A DNA stretch of 45,399 nucleotides from Candidatus Undinarchaeota archaeon (GTDB lineage Archaea > SpSt-1190 > JASMDC01), in assembly GCA_964519305.1 (NCBI GenBank), contig CAZFHY010000022.1, positions 1 through 45,399 on the forward strand, in the 5' to 3' direction. Below, piece by piece: positions 28,249 to 39,603 of this stretch. How positions within the stretch are numbered: the stretch's first letter is position 1; each line of letters starts with the position of its first letter. The notes below the pieces were generated by a model. That model was not told where the DNA came from and made no database searches. It saw only the letters and a program-made list of their open reading frames with translations. The translations under genes were made by a program, and so were the position numbers.

Positions 28249-28437
28249 TCAAATATAGGGTTTGTTGCGTGTGAACGCGTCAGGCACCTTGTACTTCTTT
28301 GCTGCACCCTGTCCGTCCGGGGTAGCGTGAACCCTTTGCGACGAGGTCATGAACTGGAGGAAACCATAATGACGGATGACGTTCATGAACTTCTCGAACA
28401 TCTCTCCCGACGGTATCTCGAACGTGATGGAGTACAT
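28249..28437 (-). CDS. Small hypothetical protein (62 aa)
   Basis: ATG ORF filling an otherwise empty gap, with codon usage like its neighbours; no recognisable motif. Confidence 0.5.
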   Translation of the reverse strand: MYSITFEIPSGEMFEKFMNVIRHYGFLQFMTSSQRVHATPDGQGAAKKYKVPDAFTRNKPYI

Positions 28438-28534
28438 TAGAAGTTCTTGGTTCCCCTACATCTTTTTATGTCTGGCCCGGACCGGCCGCTGTCCTGTGAA
28501 TAAGCATATAAAGCTCGTGCGACCCCCTGCCATC

Positions 28535-29608
28535 ATGAAGGATAAATTGTCGCTCCTGAAAAAACTATCCGAAACGCCAGCGGTCTCTGGAGATGAGTTC
28601 CGGGTCCGTAAGATACTGGCCGAGGAGCTACGCCCTCTGGTCGATGATGTGCGCATCGACAAGATCGGTAACATCATCGCTACCAAGCAAGGGGAACCTG
28701 ACGCTCCGCGCATCATGATCACAGCTCATATGGACGAGATCGGTCTTCTGGTCAAGTACATCACAGATGATGGGTTCATCGCTTTCACGAAGGTCGGAGC
28801 TATCAATGACAAGACCCTCATCAACCGCCGCGTCGTTCTCCATGCGAAGAAGAACGACCTTCACGGCGTCATCGGGACCAAGCCCCCCCACCTGAGGAAG
28901 AAGGGAGATGATGAGGAAGGGAGCGCCACTCTCTACATCGACGTCGGGGCAAAGGACCGGAAGAGCGTAGAAAAGCTCGGTATCGCTGTCGGTACCTACG
29001 TCAGCTTCGACCAGCGGTTCGAGAACCTGGGAGCTAACAATATAATCACGGGCAAGGCGCTCGATGGACGGCTCGGCTGTTATGTGATGGTAGAGGCCAT
29101 GCGGCAGCTCAGCAAGTCCGGGTGCACGGTGTACGCGGTAGGTACCGTCCAGGAAGCGGTCGGGCTCAAGGGCGCACGTGTGGCGGCATTCAGTCTCAAT
29201 CCGGACGCGGCCCTCGTTCTCGATGTAGCGGTGGCGGGCGATTTCCCGGCCATGCTCCAGCACGAATCACCGGTCAATATCGGTGAAGGGCCTGTCATCA
29301 TGCTGGTCGAAGGTGCAGGACGCGGTCTCATCACACATCCGATCATCCGCGACCTTCTGGTCACTGCCGCTGGTAAGCTCAAGTTAAAGCATCAGCTCAG
29401 TGTATCGGACGCAGGCTTGACCGACGCCGGCAGTATCTACCTCACCCGCGAGGGGATTCCCTCCGGTGTGATTAGCATACCGTGCCGCTACATCCACAGC
29501 CCCATCGAGGTGGCCAGTATGAAGGACGTGGAGGAAGCGATCAAACTCCTGGTGGGGGCAATAAAAGCTGCAGAGAAGGTCAAGGACTGGGGCCACAAGG
29601 GCATCTGA
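28535..29608 (+). CDS. M42 family (TET-like) aminopeptidase with atypical metal-site motifs
   Basis: AHMDEIG, GVIGTKPPH, LYIDVGA, KALDGR, VQEAVGLKGA, LDVAVAGD, TDAG and RYIHSP. Start moved to ATG 28535, about 25 nt after CATATAAA. Confidence 0.92.
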   Translation: MKDKLSLLKKLSETPAVSGDEFRVRKILAEELRPLVDDVRIDKIGNIIATKQGEPDAPRIMITAHMDEIGLLVKYITDDGFIAFTKVGAINDKTLINRRVVLHAKKNDLHGVIGTKPPHLRKKGDDEEGSATLYIDVGAKDRKSVEKLGIAVGTYVSFDQRFENLGANNIITGKALDGRLGCYVMVEAMRQLSKSGCTVYAVGTVQEAVGLKGARVAAFSLNPDAALVLDVAVAGDFPAMLQHESPVNIGEGPVIMLVEGAGRGLITHPIIRDLLVTAAGKLKLKHQLSVSDAGLTDAGSIYLTREGIPSGVISIPCRYIHSPIEVASMKDVEEAIKLLVGAIKAAEKVKDWGHKGI

Positions 29609-29647
29609 TGTGCCGTTAAAGGCCCAGTTCACATCTGGGCTTCGAAC

Positions 29648-29848
29648 CTACTGTTGTTCGTTCTCGGCCTGGATGGCGCGCTGGACACGGGCGTTCTTCT
29701 TTGCCTTGAGCAGCTCATCTATCTCCGTGTCAACGTCATCGTAGCTCTTGCTCGCAAGCTCGCCGTACACCTTCTTGAGGAGGGTGATGATGACGTCGTT
29801 CTGAATCTTGAAGTGGCGTAGCATCCGTTTGTGCTCTTCGTCCATCAT
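29648..29848 (-). CDS. Small helical hypothetical protein (66 aa)
   Basis: AGGTGAG RBS before ATG 29848 (MMDEEHKRMLRHF...). The longer ORF-track version overlaps the PfkB gene. Confidence 0.7.
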   Translation of the reverse strand: MMDEEHKRMLRHFKIQNDVIITLLKKVYGELASKSYDDVDTEIDELLKAKKNARVQRAIQAENEQQ

Positions 29849-29897
29849 GGTCTCACCTGTCGGCCAAGGCCGTTGAGCCCGGATGGTCGGGAAACCT

Positions 29898-30836
29898 TTA
29901 AATCTCCACCTCAAGGTCGAGGAGGGCCTCCACCCGCTTTCGGTGAGGGAACGTGTGACCTGCCAGATGAAGTGCTGCTGCAGCGTTCGCGAACCTGAGC
30001 ATTTCCTTTGTGGACATGCCTTCATGATGAGCGAGGATGAAGGCCGCATTGAACACATCTCCCGTACCGGTCGGATCACGCACACCTCCGGCCCGGACCA
30101 CAGGTACCGAGACGTCCTTACTACGTGATATGTACCGGGACCCGTCCTCACCAAGATGCAGGACTACAGCATTGACACCATGTCCGAGGATCGCCTTGGC
30201 GGCATCCACCGGGTCGCATCCGGGCATCTGGGCGATATGTGCGGCCTCGAGCTCGTTGACGAACAGAACGTCCGTATGTTCGAGCACTCCGAACAGGCCT
30301 TCAAGTCGTTCCTCGGTCCATCCCAGATGGTCCCAGCCGACATCGAGGAACGTCTTGGCGCCGTTCGCTTGCGCTCTTGAGAATATCCGTGCTGTCGGCT
30401 CCCCCATGATGACAGGCGTGTACCAGTAACCCGCTCTCATGACATACCGACCCTGCAATGCCTCTTCAGGCACGTCCTCAGCAGCTACGGTGTCGTTAGT
30501 CTCTCCCTGGTCACCCAGGAACGAGCGCTTGCCCCCGGTGAACGTCACGGCAACAGTGAGCGCTGTCCGCCCATCGATGCTCTTGAGGGCCGTTGCCACG
30601 TCATAGCTGTCCAGCATCTCCTTGAGACGTACGCCCCAGTGGTCGCTCCCGATCCTGCCGACAAGGAGGGACTTAAGACCGAGACGTGAGCAGGCCACCG
30701 CAGTGTTGGCAGCGTTCCCGCCGACACGTTCGGTGAACACGACCTCTTCCGATACCTCTGGTACGACAGATTCGACGGGTGTCGAGACGAGGTCTATGTT
30801 CACATCACCGATGCATGCGATCTGTGGAACGCTCAT
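29898..30836 (-). CDS. PfkB/ribokinase family carbohydrate kinase
   Basis: IGDVNID, GGNAANTAVACSRLG, GRIGSD, NELEA and DPTGTGDVF motifs. Confidence 0.93.
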   Translation of the reverse strand: MSVPQIACIGDVNIDLVSTPVESVVPEVSEEVVFTERVGGNAANTAVACSRLGLKSLLVGRIGSDHWGVRLKEMLDSYDVATALKSIDGRTALTVAVTFTGGKRSFLGDQGETNDTVAAEDVPEEALQGRYVMRAGYWYTPVIMGEPTARIFSRAQANGAKTFLDVGWDHLGWTEERLEGLFGVLEHTDVLFVNELEAAHIAQMPGCDPVDAAKAILGHGVNAVVLHLGEDGSRYISRSKDVSVPVVRAGGVRDPTGTGDVFNAAFILAHHEGMSTKEMLRFANAAAALHLAGHTFPHRKRVEALLDLEVEI

Positions 30837-31546
30837 TTGATGTCACCTCGCACCAGATCGCTCGGACCTCTAGCGATGCGGGTGTAGGACCGCGATGTCA
30901 TGAAGGCCTCGGCATAGTCCGAATGTGCCAGGAAACCCCGGCACCGGCCAAGCGACTCGGTGTACTCGACCAGTCCGGGAAGAACTTCGAGCTGGGTGTC
31001 GAAACATCTGATTGCCTCGAGCTTCCGTTCGAACGACTCTGTCACGTCCACGACGACATTGGGTCGCTGGAAGAGGTTGAGCACCTCGTACCAAAGAACA
31101 TCCTGTACCCGCCATGGCTTTCCGTCCTCAGGATAGACGTTGTTACCGGCCTGCCAGCATGCCTGTTCCACAAGACGTGAGACCGCACCGTGCTTGCGAT
31201 GCGAATCACGCGGCGCATGGCAGAACACCAGTGCAGGGCGCAGCTCCCGTATGTAGGCGATCGCCTGCCGCAGGAGCACGTCATCGCTCTGCATTTGAGG
31301 GAGCGATGCGTCAAGGAAGAAGCGACGCTCGATACCGAGCACCTTGTCGGCCCGCGCGGTCTCTTTCTGACGGACATCGATTATCGAGGCGGTATCGTCC
31401 ACGGATGGTGAGCCGCCCATCCCCGCTGTGAACGTTACAGCAGCGACGGTCCCTTTCTTGGTCAGAGAGGCGATCGTTGCCCCGCATCCTATGACGATAT
31501 CGTCCGGATGGGCACCGAAGCAGAGCGCAGTGGTGTTCACGGACAC
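30833..31546 (-). CDS. PIG-L/LmbE family de-N-acetylase
   Basis: AHPDD, RQKETARADKVLG, IRELRP..HAPRDSHRKH, VDVT..KLEAIRCFDTQ and YAEAF. Confidence 0.9.
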   Translation of the reverse strand: MSVNTTALCFGAHPDDIVIGCGATIASLTKKGTVAAVTFTAGMGGSPSVDDTASIIDVRQKETARADKVLGIERRFFLDASLPQMQSDDVLLRQAIAYIRELRPALVFCHAPRDSHRKHGAVSRLVEQACWQAGNNVYPEDGKPWRVQDVLWYEVLNLFQRPNVVVDVTESFERKLEAIRCFDTQLEVLPGLVEYTESLGRCRGFLAHSDYAEAFMTSRSYTRIARGPSDLVRGDIK

Positions 31547-31555
31547 GTTCTCCGT

Positions 31556-31894
31556 TCAGTCCTTCTCCTTTTTTTGATGGTCCTCGGCGATGATGCGCAG
31601 GTCATCGGCGATGGCCCGAAGGATGTTGTTGCTATTGTCCTGACGCTCGAAGGCCTCCTCCTCTATCTTGTCGATGCGGAAGAACAGGAAAGCGAACCCG
31701 AGAGCCACGGCCGATATGAGCAGGATGAAGAACAGGTAGGTGATCACGATCGTATTGGCCGATTGGAGCGTAAGGAAGTCCTGCCATCCTCCTTCCTGAA
31801 GGTCCACGAACCGTGATGCGATAAGGAAGGTTAGGATGAAGATCGAGACCATGAGCATACTGTAAACGAACGAGAACTTGGTCGCTCCGGCCAT
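31556..31894 (-). CDS. Small two-TM hypothetical protein with C-terminal coiled coil
   Basis: 112 aa with two hydrophobic segments; first gene of the minus-strand unit, downstream of a TTTTATATAT box at about 31916-31925. Confidence 0.75.
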   Translation of the reverse strand: MAGATKFSFVYSMLMVSIFILTFLIASRFVDLQEGGWQDFLTLQSANTIVITYLFFILLISAVALGFAFLFFRIDKIEEEAFERQDNSNNILRAIADDLRIIAEDHQKKEKD

Positions 31895-31960
31895 GATTGT
31901 GGAGAGGGTTGCATGTTTTATATATCTTGCATCCCAATGCTATGCCTAGGTGTAAGCCTA

Positions 31961-32677
31961 ATGGACCGCATCTCTTCTGGCATTCCTGGCCTCGACAAGC
32001 TCATCGTCGGGGGGATCCCAAGTGGTTACTCTATGTCGCTCAAGGGCCCCCCCGGTTCCGGAAAGACGACCATGGCCCTCCAGTTCCTCATCGAGGGTGC
32101 CCGCAAGGGTGAAACGGGTCTCTACGTATCGTTCAAGGAGCCCCTCTCAAGAGTACAGCACATCTCTGACGGGTATGGATGGAACATCGAAAAACAAATC
32201 GATGAGAAGATCTTCCTGGAGACTCTCTCCACGGACGATGTGTTCGAGCGTTCGATCCCGTCGCTGCTTGCCCTCATCGAGCGCTATGACGCCAAGCGTG
32301 TAGTGTTCGACTCGTTGAAGAAGGTCGTGACAGGCGCAAAGCCGTTCATGAAGGACGAGGTCGAGGTCGACTTCGACACCTTCCTCCGGAAGCTCGAGCA
32401 GATGGGAGTGACCACCATCTTTGTCACGAACCGTGAGAACCTACAGCCCGAGAAGATCGTGTTCGATGCTCTGGACTTCATTTTCGATGGCATCCTCATC
32501 CTGGACATCCGCATCGTGGGCGGCGAGGCCCGAAACTACGTCTATGTCCAGAAGATGCGTGCCACTGCCATCGATCACGGGTTCAGGCCGCTCATATTCG
32601 GTAAGCATGGCCTCGAGGTGCGTTCGAAGGAATCGGTCTCGGCCAGGGTCAAGGGCTTCTTCGGCGACGAGGAGTAG
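31961..32677 (+). CDS. Single-domain KaiC-like (RecA-superfamily) ATPase
   Basis: RISSGIPGLDKLIVGG, GPPGSGKTT, VVFDSL, DGILIL and KMRAT. Start moved to ATG 31961. Confidence 0.93.
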   Translation: MDRISSGIPGLDKLIVGGIPSGYSMSLKGPPGSGKTTMALQFLIEGARKGETGLYVSFKEPLSRVQHISDGYGWNIEKQIDEKIFLETLSTDDVFERSIPSLLALIERYDAKRVVFDSLKKVVTGAKPFMKDEVEVDFDTFLRKLEQMGVTTIFVTNRENLQPEKIVFDALDFIFDGILILDIRIVGGEARNYVYVQKMRATAIDHGFRPLIFGKHGLEVRSKESVSARVKGFFGDEE

Positions 32678-32682
32678 CGTGG

Positions 32683-33333
32683 ATGGAACTCGACGCACCC
32701 CTTTACGGGCTTGCCGCCATTGCATCTGCCATCCCTATCGGTATACTGCTTTCCCGTGGTACCAGTCGCCTTGATAGGATGCTGTTCGCAGGATTCGTCG
32801 GGTCCCTTGGGCTTACGTCCCTGTTCGGTATCCCGCTGCATCTGGAGTCATACACGTCTATCCATCCCTTCCTCACCATCGCGTTCAACGCGTCCCTGCT
32901 CTGCTCGGCATGTCTTGCCTTGTTCTCGACTGTCGCCCTGCGACGGGAAATCGATGGGCAGGACCTCGTGCTCGCGTTCCCCGTCATTCTCGTGGTCCTC
33001 TACTCTATCATAATGCCGTTACAGGAGTCCAACCTCCCCGGAACGCAACTCCATATGACCATGCCGCTCCTAATAGTGTCACTGGTTTGTTACTTGAGCC
33101 TGATGGGCGCGGCCGTGTACAATCTCACTTGGGTGTACCATCATATGGACGCAGGTCCTCAGCAGGAGCGCATGCTCGTGATCCTTCTGGGACTTACCAT
33201 CCTGACGGGCTCCGAGCTCGTCACGGCCTTCGAGGCATTCATGGGCCTTGAAGCACCAGCGTTCCGTCCTGTAGGGATAGTACTCTGTGCGATAATGGTA
33301 ACACACGCGTTCACTTCGAGCCATTCAAAATAA
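32683..33333 (+). CDS. Polytopic membrane protein (6-7 TM), possible sensor-type domain
   Basis: 216 aa, almost entirely hydrophobic helices; starts 5 nt after the KaiC-like gene. Confidence 0.75.
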   Translation: MELDAPLYGLAAIASAIPIGILLSRGTSRLDRMLFAGFVGSLGLTSLFGIPLHLESYTSIHPFLTIAFNASLLCSACLALFSTVALRREIDGQDLVLAFPVILVVLYSIIMPLQESNLPGTQLHMTMPLLIVSLVCYLSLMGAAVYNLTWVYHHMDAGPQQERMLVILLGLTILTGSELVTAFEAFMGLEAPAFRPVGIVLCAIMVTHAFTSSHSK

Positions 33334-33418
33334 TCCTATGTTCTTCTCCCGGGATTACTGCATTTTAATCTCCGAAGGCTATCCTTTATAACGAAAGAAA
33401 GGCCATTCAGACTATTTA

Positions 33419-34204
33419 ATGTGTGACCTTATGGGCGTGAGCGCCTCGAGCGAGGCCCATATAACCCCATCGATCGAGCGATTCATGATGGGGTGGCGAG
33501 CAAATCCCCATGGCTGGGGTGTGGGAGTGTATGGAGGACGGGCTGTTTCCATCTTCAAGGAAGCTGCAGCATCGAGCACGAGCTCGCTCCTATCCACGCT
33601 AACTCAATCGGGCATCCTGGCCTCGCGCTTGCTGGTGTCCCATATCCGCAACATGACAGTGGGCTGCCAGAGCCTTGCCAACACACATCCTTTTACGCGT
33701 GAGCTCCACGGGCAGGACCACTTGTTCGCTCATAACGGCACTCTGCGTCGTGTACGGGATATCACAACCGAACACTATCAGCCCGTCGGGACCACGGACT
33801 CAGAGCATGCGTTCTGTGTCATCATGGATTCCCTTCGCCTTGCAGGCAGACACGCTACGCGGGAGGAGCGGATCGAGGCCGTGTCGGACGCAGTTGACAC
33901 GATCATTTCCCGTGAGCTCGAGGTGCCACATCCCAACGGTGGACCGTCTGCGAAGTTGAACGTCCTCCTCTCGGACGGTGAGCTCCTCATCGCGTACAAC
34001 AGCGGGTTCCGTCCCATGTCCCGTGCCCATCATACCTTCGATGACGGTACCAGCATCGCCATGGTCGCTTCCGAGCCACTTGACGATGACCTTAACTGGG
34101 TGCGAATGGACATCGGTGAGTTCATCGTACTGGAACAGGGGACCATCATCGACCACCGCCTAATCAACGGATGCCCCGTCGAGATGGGCGGTCAACCCAA
34201 GTGA
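33419..34204 (+). CDS. Class II glutamine amidotransferase (YafJ/EgtC-like Ntn hydrolase)
   Basis: Cys2, NPHGWG, SHIR, NTHPF, FAHNG, GTTDSE and ASEPL. Confidence 0.93.
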   Translation: MCDLMGVSASSEAHITPSIERFMMGWRANPHGWGVGVYGGRAVSIFKEAAASSTSSLLSTLTQSGILASRLLVSHIRNMTVGCQSLANTHPFTRELHGQDHLFAHNGTLRRVRDITTEHYQPVGTTDSEHAFCVIMDSLRLAGRHATREERIEAVSDAVDTIISRELEVPHPNGGPSAKLNVLLSDGELLIAYNSGFRPMSRAHHTFDDGTSIAMVASEPLDDDLNWVRMDIGEFIVLEQGTIIDHRLINGCPVEMGGQPK

Positions 34205-34255
34205 GATCGTCTCTTGTGTGAGATCGATAGTCCTCTTATTCGATTGTATAACGCG

Positions 34256-34295
34256 AAAAAAGAGAAGAATGGGCCCGGGACCAGGTCCCGGACCC
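34256..34295 (-). terminator. Hairpin plus pyrimidine/T tract downstream of acs
   Basis: The minus strand reads GGGTCCGGGACC-T-GGTCCCGGGCCC followed by ATTCTTCTCTTTTTT. Confidence 0.7.
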
Positions 34296-34313
34296 TTTCA
34301 TTGTTCTAAGTCC

Positions 34314-36290
<1,977 letters not shown>

Positions 36291-36327
36291 CGGAATCTCA
36301 CCCTTGGGGCATATTTACCATGCAACA

Positions 36328-36395
36328 TGGAAGGCAAACGTGACGCACGTCCCTTCCAATGCGTGCCCTTTTCGGCATGAGTCTTAAAAGTCTTT
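36328..36395 (-). promoter_or_regulatory. acs promoter (TATA-like) and 5' leader hairpin
   Basis: The minus strand has AAAAGAC-TTTTAAG (about 36396-36383), then TGGAAGG-GACGTG-CGT-CACGTT-TG-CCTTCCA (36358-36328). Confidence 0.55.
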
Positions 36396-36497
36396 TGGTT
36401 AGAATCGACCCCCGTGTCTTGGTTTAACACGGCAGGAGATCTCCGAGAATGGGCCAAGACGTTTAAAGTGTATGAGACATTGACACGTTACGGGAAT

Positions 36498-37172
36498 ATG
36501 GAACTACCTACCGTGATGGCCATTGCCCTCGTCATTCTCCTTGTCCCAGCCCTTCCGTTCGATGCGGTCAACGTCATTCTCGATCCTTCCGCGTATTCAG
36601 TATGCGCTGGAGAGAGCGTCATACTCAATCTCACTATAGAGAATCCCACTCAGGACCAGCAGCTCTATGTGTTCGAGGTCGTGGACGAGACCTTCGGATC
36701 AGTCTTCGATGTCCCCGATTCTGAGAAACGTTCCCTGGGCAGGGGCATGGCAATGATGACCGAACTCATTGTCCGGGTGCGCCAGGATGCTCCGGTAGGG
36801 ACACATACCCTCTTGGTACGAGCGTCGCTTTCGATCGATCGGAACCAGGCCAGTACTACCGAGGGATCGATAACGATCAAGGAATGCGAGGGATCGACCG
36901 GAGGAAAGAAGGACAGCGATCCGTCCAAGAAGACCGGTCTACCGGTCCTGCTAGTAGCAGGCGTCGTGTTCCTCTTCCCGCTCCTTCTAGCCGTCATGCT
37001 CATCGCGAGCAGGATGCACCCACCCGAACCGGAAACGGCCCCCATCGTCCAGACACCCGTGCAGACTCAGGACTACAATGCGTACGGATACGCCACGCCG
37101 GGCTATTATGCGAACTACCAGTATCCTGGTGGTTCGTACTACTACAACCGTTACGGCCAGATGCAGCAGTGA
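36498..37172 (+). CDS. Small type I membrane protein: Ig-like domain, TM, Tyr/Gln-rich cytoplasmic tail
   Basis: ATG 36498, about 30 nt after TTTAAA; signal peptide; LNLTIENP..DAPVGTHTLLV; TM; tail DYNAYGYATPGYYANYQYPGGSYYYNRYGQMQQ. Confidence 0.8.
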   Translation: MELPTVMAIALVILLVPALPFDAVNVILDPSAYSVCAGESVILNLTIENPTQDQQLYVFEVVDETFGSVFDVPDSEKRSLGRGMAMMTELIVRVRQDAPVGTHTLLVRASLSIDRNQASTTEGSITIKECEGSTGGKKDSDPSKKTGLPVLLVAGVVFLFPLLLAVMLIASRMHPPEPETAPIVQTPVQTQDYNAYGYATPGYYANYQYPGGSYYYNRYGQMQQ

Positions 37173-37184
37173 TGCCCTGAGCGT

Positions 37185-38909
37185 TCAGTGCTTTCGCGTC
37201 TTGTGATGCTCAGCTTGGTGATGATACTGTGGTTGGTAGTCCTGGTTGTCGTATTGCTCATTGTGCCCATGCGCCGGACCCGCTACGGCCATCTTGTGGA
37301 GCTCGTTCGCCGCATCCTTGCCATGCATCTCTTTCTGCGCCAGTTTATGGAGCTCCTTCGCAGTGTTGAAGTTGCCATTCCCTGACTCGTGTCCAGGAGG
37401 TGGAGGTGGCGGGGGCATCTCGGCAGAAGGTTGTTCGATGTGATGCTCCTCGGCGAATATGTCATGCCCAGGCTCATGATGATCGTCCATCACGTCCTTT
37501 TTATCCGACTCGCTCCCCTCCTCATCCTTACCATTTCGGGAGATGAACCACACACCGACCGTGCAGATGAGGATGGTCAGTATGATCACCGTGAACGCGA
37601 TATCTGAGAACAGTTCGATCCCTGAGAACGCTTCCATCTTGGTAAGGCCGTAGCTCGCCGGCAGCTGAGCGAGGACAGCGGGCGCCAATCCTCGCGGTAA
37701 CATGGTTGTTATGAGCCTGATCTCTTCCTCGAACTCGCTACGCTTCGTGGAGATGAGCACAGAGATGTAGCGGACAATGACTATCGTAAGGGAAATGACC
37801 GCGCCAAGGATGAAGGGCTTGAGCTCGATCGTCAGGTCCGGGGCGTTCATGTTCGGAACGCTGATGAGGACACCAAGGTACACGAAGAAGAATACCTTGA
37901 CGAAGAAAGATATCTCCCGATGGAAGAGCTTGACGTCCTTGTCGATATAGAGCACGTCCTTGAGCCGGAAGATCTTTGCGAACTCGCGCCCATTGCCCAG
38001 TACGAGCCCGTACATGAGCACACCGATGGCGCCGGTCCCTTGAAGGAACTCCGTTATCGAATAGACGATGAAGATGAGCGAAACGACAAGAAGGTACACG
38101 AAATCGTGACCCACGAAGTATTTCGAAACGACCAGCCACAGGATCCCGAAGAGCAGGCCGATCATCCCCCCGATAGAGAACCCGGACGCCACGTCATGCG
38201 CTGCCTCCATGATGGGCCCACGGTCCTGCGGTCCGACCGCTATCGGTTGGGCGCTCATGAGCATGAAGTTCATGATAGCGATCGCCGTCACTACGGTAAG
38301 ACCATCAGTGATCGCTGACTCGAGGTTTAGGAGGGTCACGGTCTTCTCCCCCGTCTTCACCTTGCCCATGAGGGGAATGACGATGGCAGAGCTAGTTCCA
38401 CCGAGCATAGCTCCCAAGAGCCCGCCAAGCAGGGGTGGCATACCCCATGCATAGAGGACGAGCGTCACGGCTATTACTGAGAATATCAGGTTCATGATGG
38501 CCAACAAGGTCGCCCTTGGTATCCCCTCGAGCAGCTCTGCGAACTTGATGTTGAGCCCGCCGTCGAACAGGATGACGGCCAGTGCCAGCGAGGCGAAGTA
38601 CGGTGCAAGGCTCTGGAAGATAACGGGATCCACGATGTTAGTTGCCGGACCGAGGATGACGCCAACGGCTATGAGGATGAGCGGGTCGGGGATCATGGTC
38701 GTCTCGAATATGAGGTTCGAGAAGAAGCCGATGATGATGATGCCCCCAAAGATGAGGAACGCGAACGGGATGGCCAACGTGCTCGCACCTTCTGAGGCCG
38801 CTGACGCTGCCGCGGTCACGTTGACATCCTGTCCCACCACGAAGGATAGGGCGATAAGGAGAGCAAGGACAGCAGCGATCCTACGGGGCATGGAGTGAGA
38901 GAACGGCAT
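37185..38909 (-). CDS. Cation:proton antiporter (CPA1, NhaP-like)
   Basis: ILFDGGL, GTSSAIV, LNLESAITD, FFFVYLG and PRGLAPAVLA; His-rich C-terminal extension. Confidence 0.92.
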   Translation of the reverse strand: MPFSHSMPRRIAAVLALLIALSFVVGQDVNVTAAASAASEGASTLAIPFAFLIFGGIIIIGFFSNLIFETTMIPDPLILIAVGVILGPATNIVDPVIFQSLAPYFASLALAVILFDGGLNIKFAELLEGIPRATLLAIMNLIFSVIAVTLVLYAWGMPPLLGGLLGAMLGGTSSAIVIPLMGKVKTGEKTVTLLNLESAITDGLTVVTAIAIMNFMLMSAQPIAVGPQDRGPIMEAAHDVASGFSIGGMIGLLFGILWLVVSKYFVGHDFVYLLVVSLIFIVYSITEFLQGTGAIGVLMYGLVLGNGREFAKIFRLKDVLYIDKDVKLFHREISFFVKVFFFVYLGVLISVPNMNAPDLTIELKPFILGAVISLTIVIVRYISVLISTKRSEFEEEIRLITTMLPRGLAPAVLAQLPASYGLTKMEAFSGIELFSDIAFTVIILTILICTVGVWFISRNGKDEEGSESDKKDVMDDHHEPGHDIFAEEHHIEQPSAEMPPPPPPPGHESGNGNFNTAKELHKLAQKEMHGKDAANELHKMAVAGPAHGHNEQYDNQDYQPQYHHQAEHHKTRKH

Positions 38910-38945
38910 AATCCATTATATGCTTATCCGCAAGGCGATACCCGC

Positions 38946-39569
38946 TCAGGATAGCTCTGATACGACCTCATTCTCTTCTCCATCGTCCTCGGGTGATGAT
39001 AAGAGATGCCGGTAGCGTAAGTAGACCGCGATGAACGGAAGGACTATTGCGAACCTTACTGCGAGAAGTGCAGGGCCGTGCAGTTCTAACCGGCCAGCCA
39101 TCACGATCGCCGTGAGCGCAAGGAACCGTACTCCACGTCCGGCGAGCGTTATGAAGAAGAACCTGAAGATATCGTACCTGATAACGCCCGCGGCCGCGAC
39201 GGCCACGTCGATGGGCAGGGGCGTTGCTGAGAACACGAAGAGGATAAGGGGGAAGTCGTGAGCTTCGACACGCTCCACGAACGAATCGAGACGTCCGGCA
39301 TCGATCACACGATCCGTCAAGAGCTCGCGGGACCACCGGGCCAACGCGTACGTGAGGAGAGCGCCCAGTGGTATTGCGACGAAAGAGATGATGAAGACGG
39401 CCACCGGGTCCAACAGGCTCAGGGCCACGACAAAGAACGCATCGGTCGGTATCGGAATGATCGATCCAGAGAGCGCCATGACGACGAAAAAGGACAGGTA
39501 CACCTGTACCATCGAGCCGCTGGCTATCAAGGTCTCGAGCCAAGCATGTGGATCGCCGGGACCGACCAT
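38946..39569 (-). CDS. DedA/VTT (YqaA-like) membrane protein
   Basis: IIPIPTD, GALLTYALAR, TPLPID..AAG..RFF...AGRGVRF. Confidence 0.88.
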   Translation of the reverse strand: MVGPGDPHAWLETLIASGSMVQVYLSFFVVMALSGSIIPIPTDAFFVVALSLLDPVAVFIISFVAIPLGALLTYALARWSRELLTDRVIDAGRLDSFVERVEAHDFPLILFVFSATPLPIDVAVAAAGVIRYDIFRFFFITLAGRGVRFLALTAIVMAGRLELHGPALLAVRFAIVLPFIAVYLRYRHLLSSPEDDGEENEVVSELS

Positions 39570-39603
39570 CGTCCTTTTTAGGAGCCCGCCCGTTTTATAT
39601 GTG

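Noticed and set aside
31961-32677. Circadian clock KaiC
   Set aside because: Single domain only, and no kaiA/kaiB in the window.
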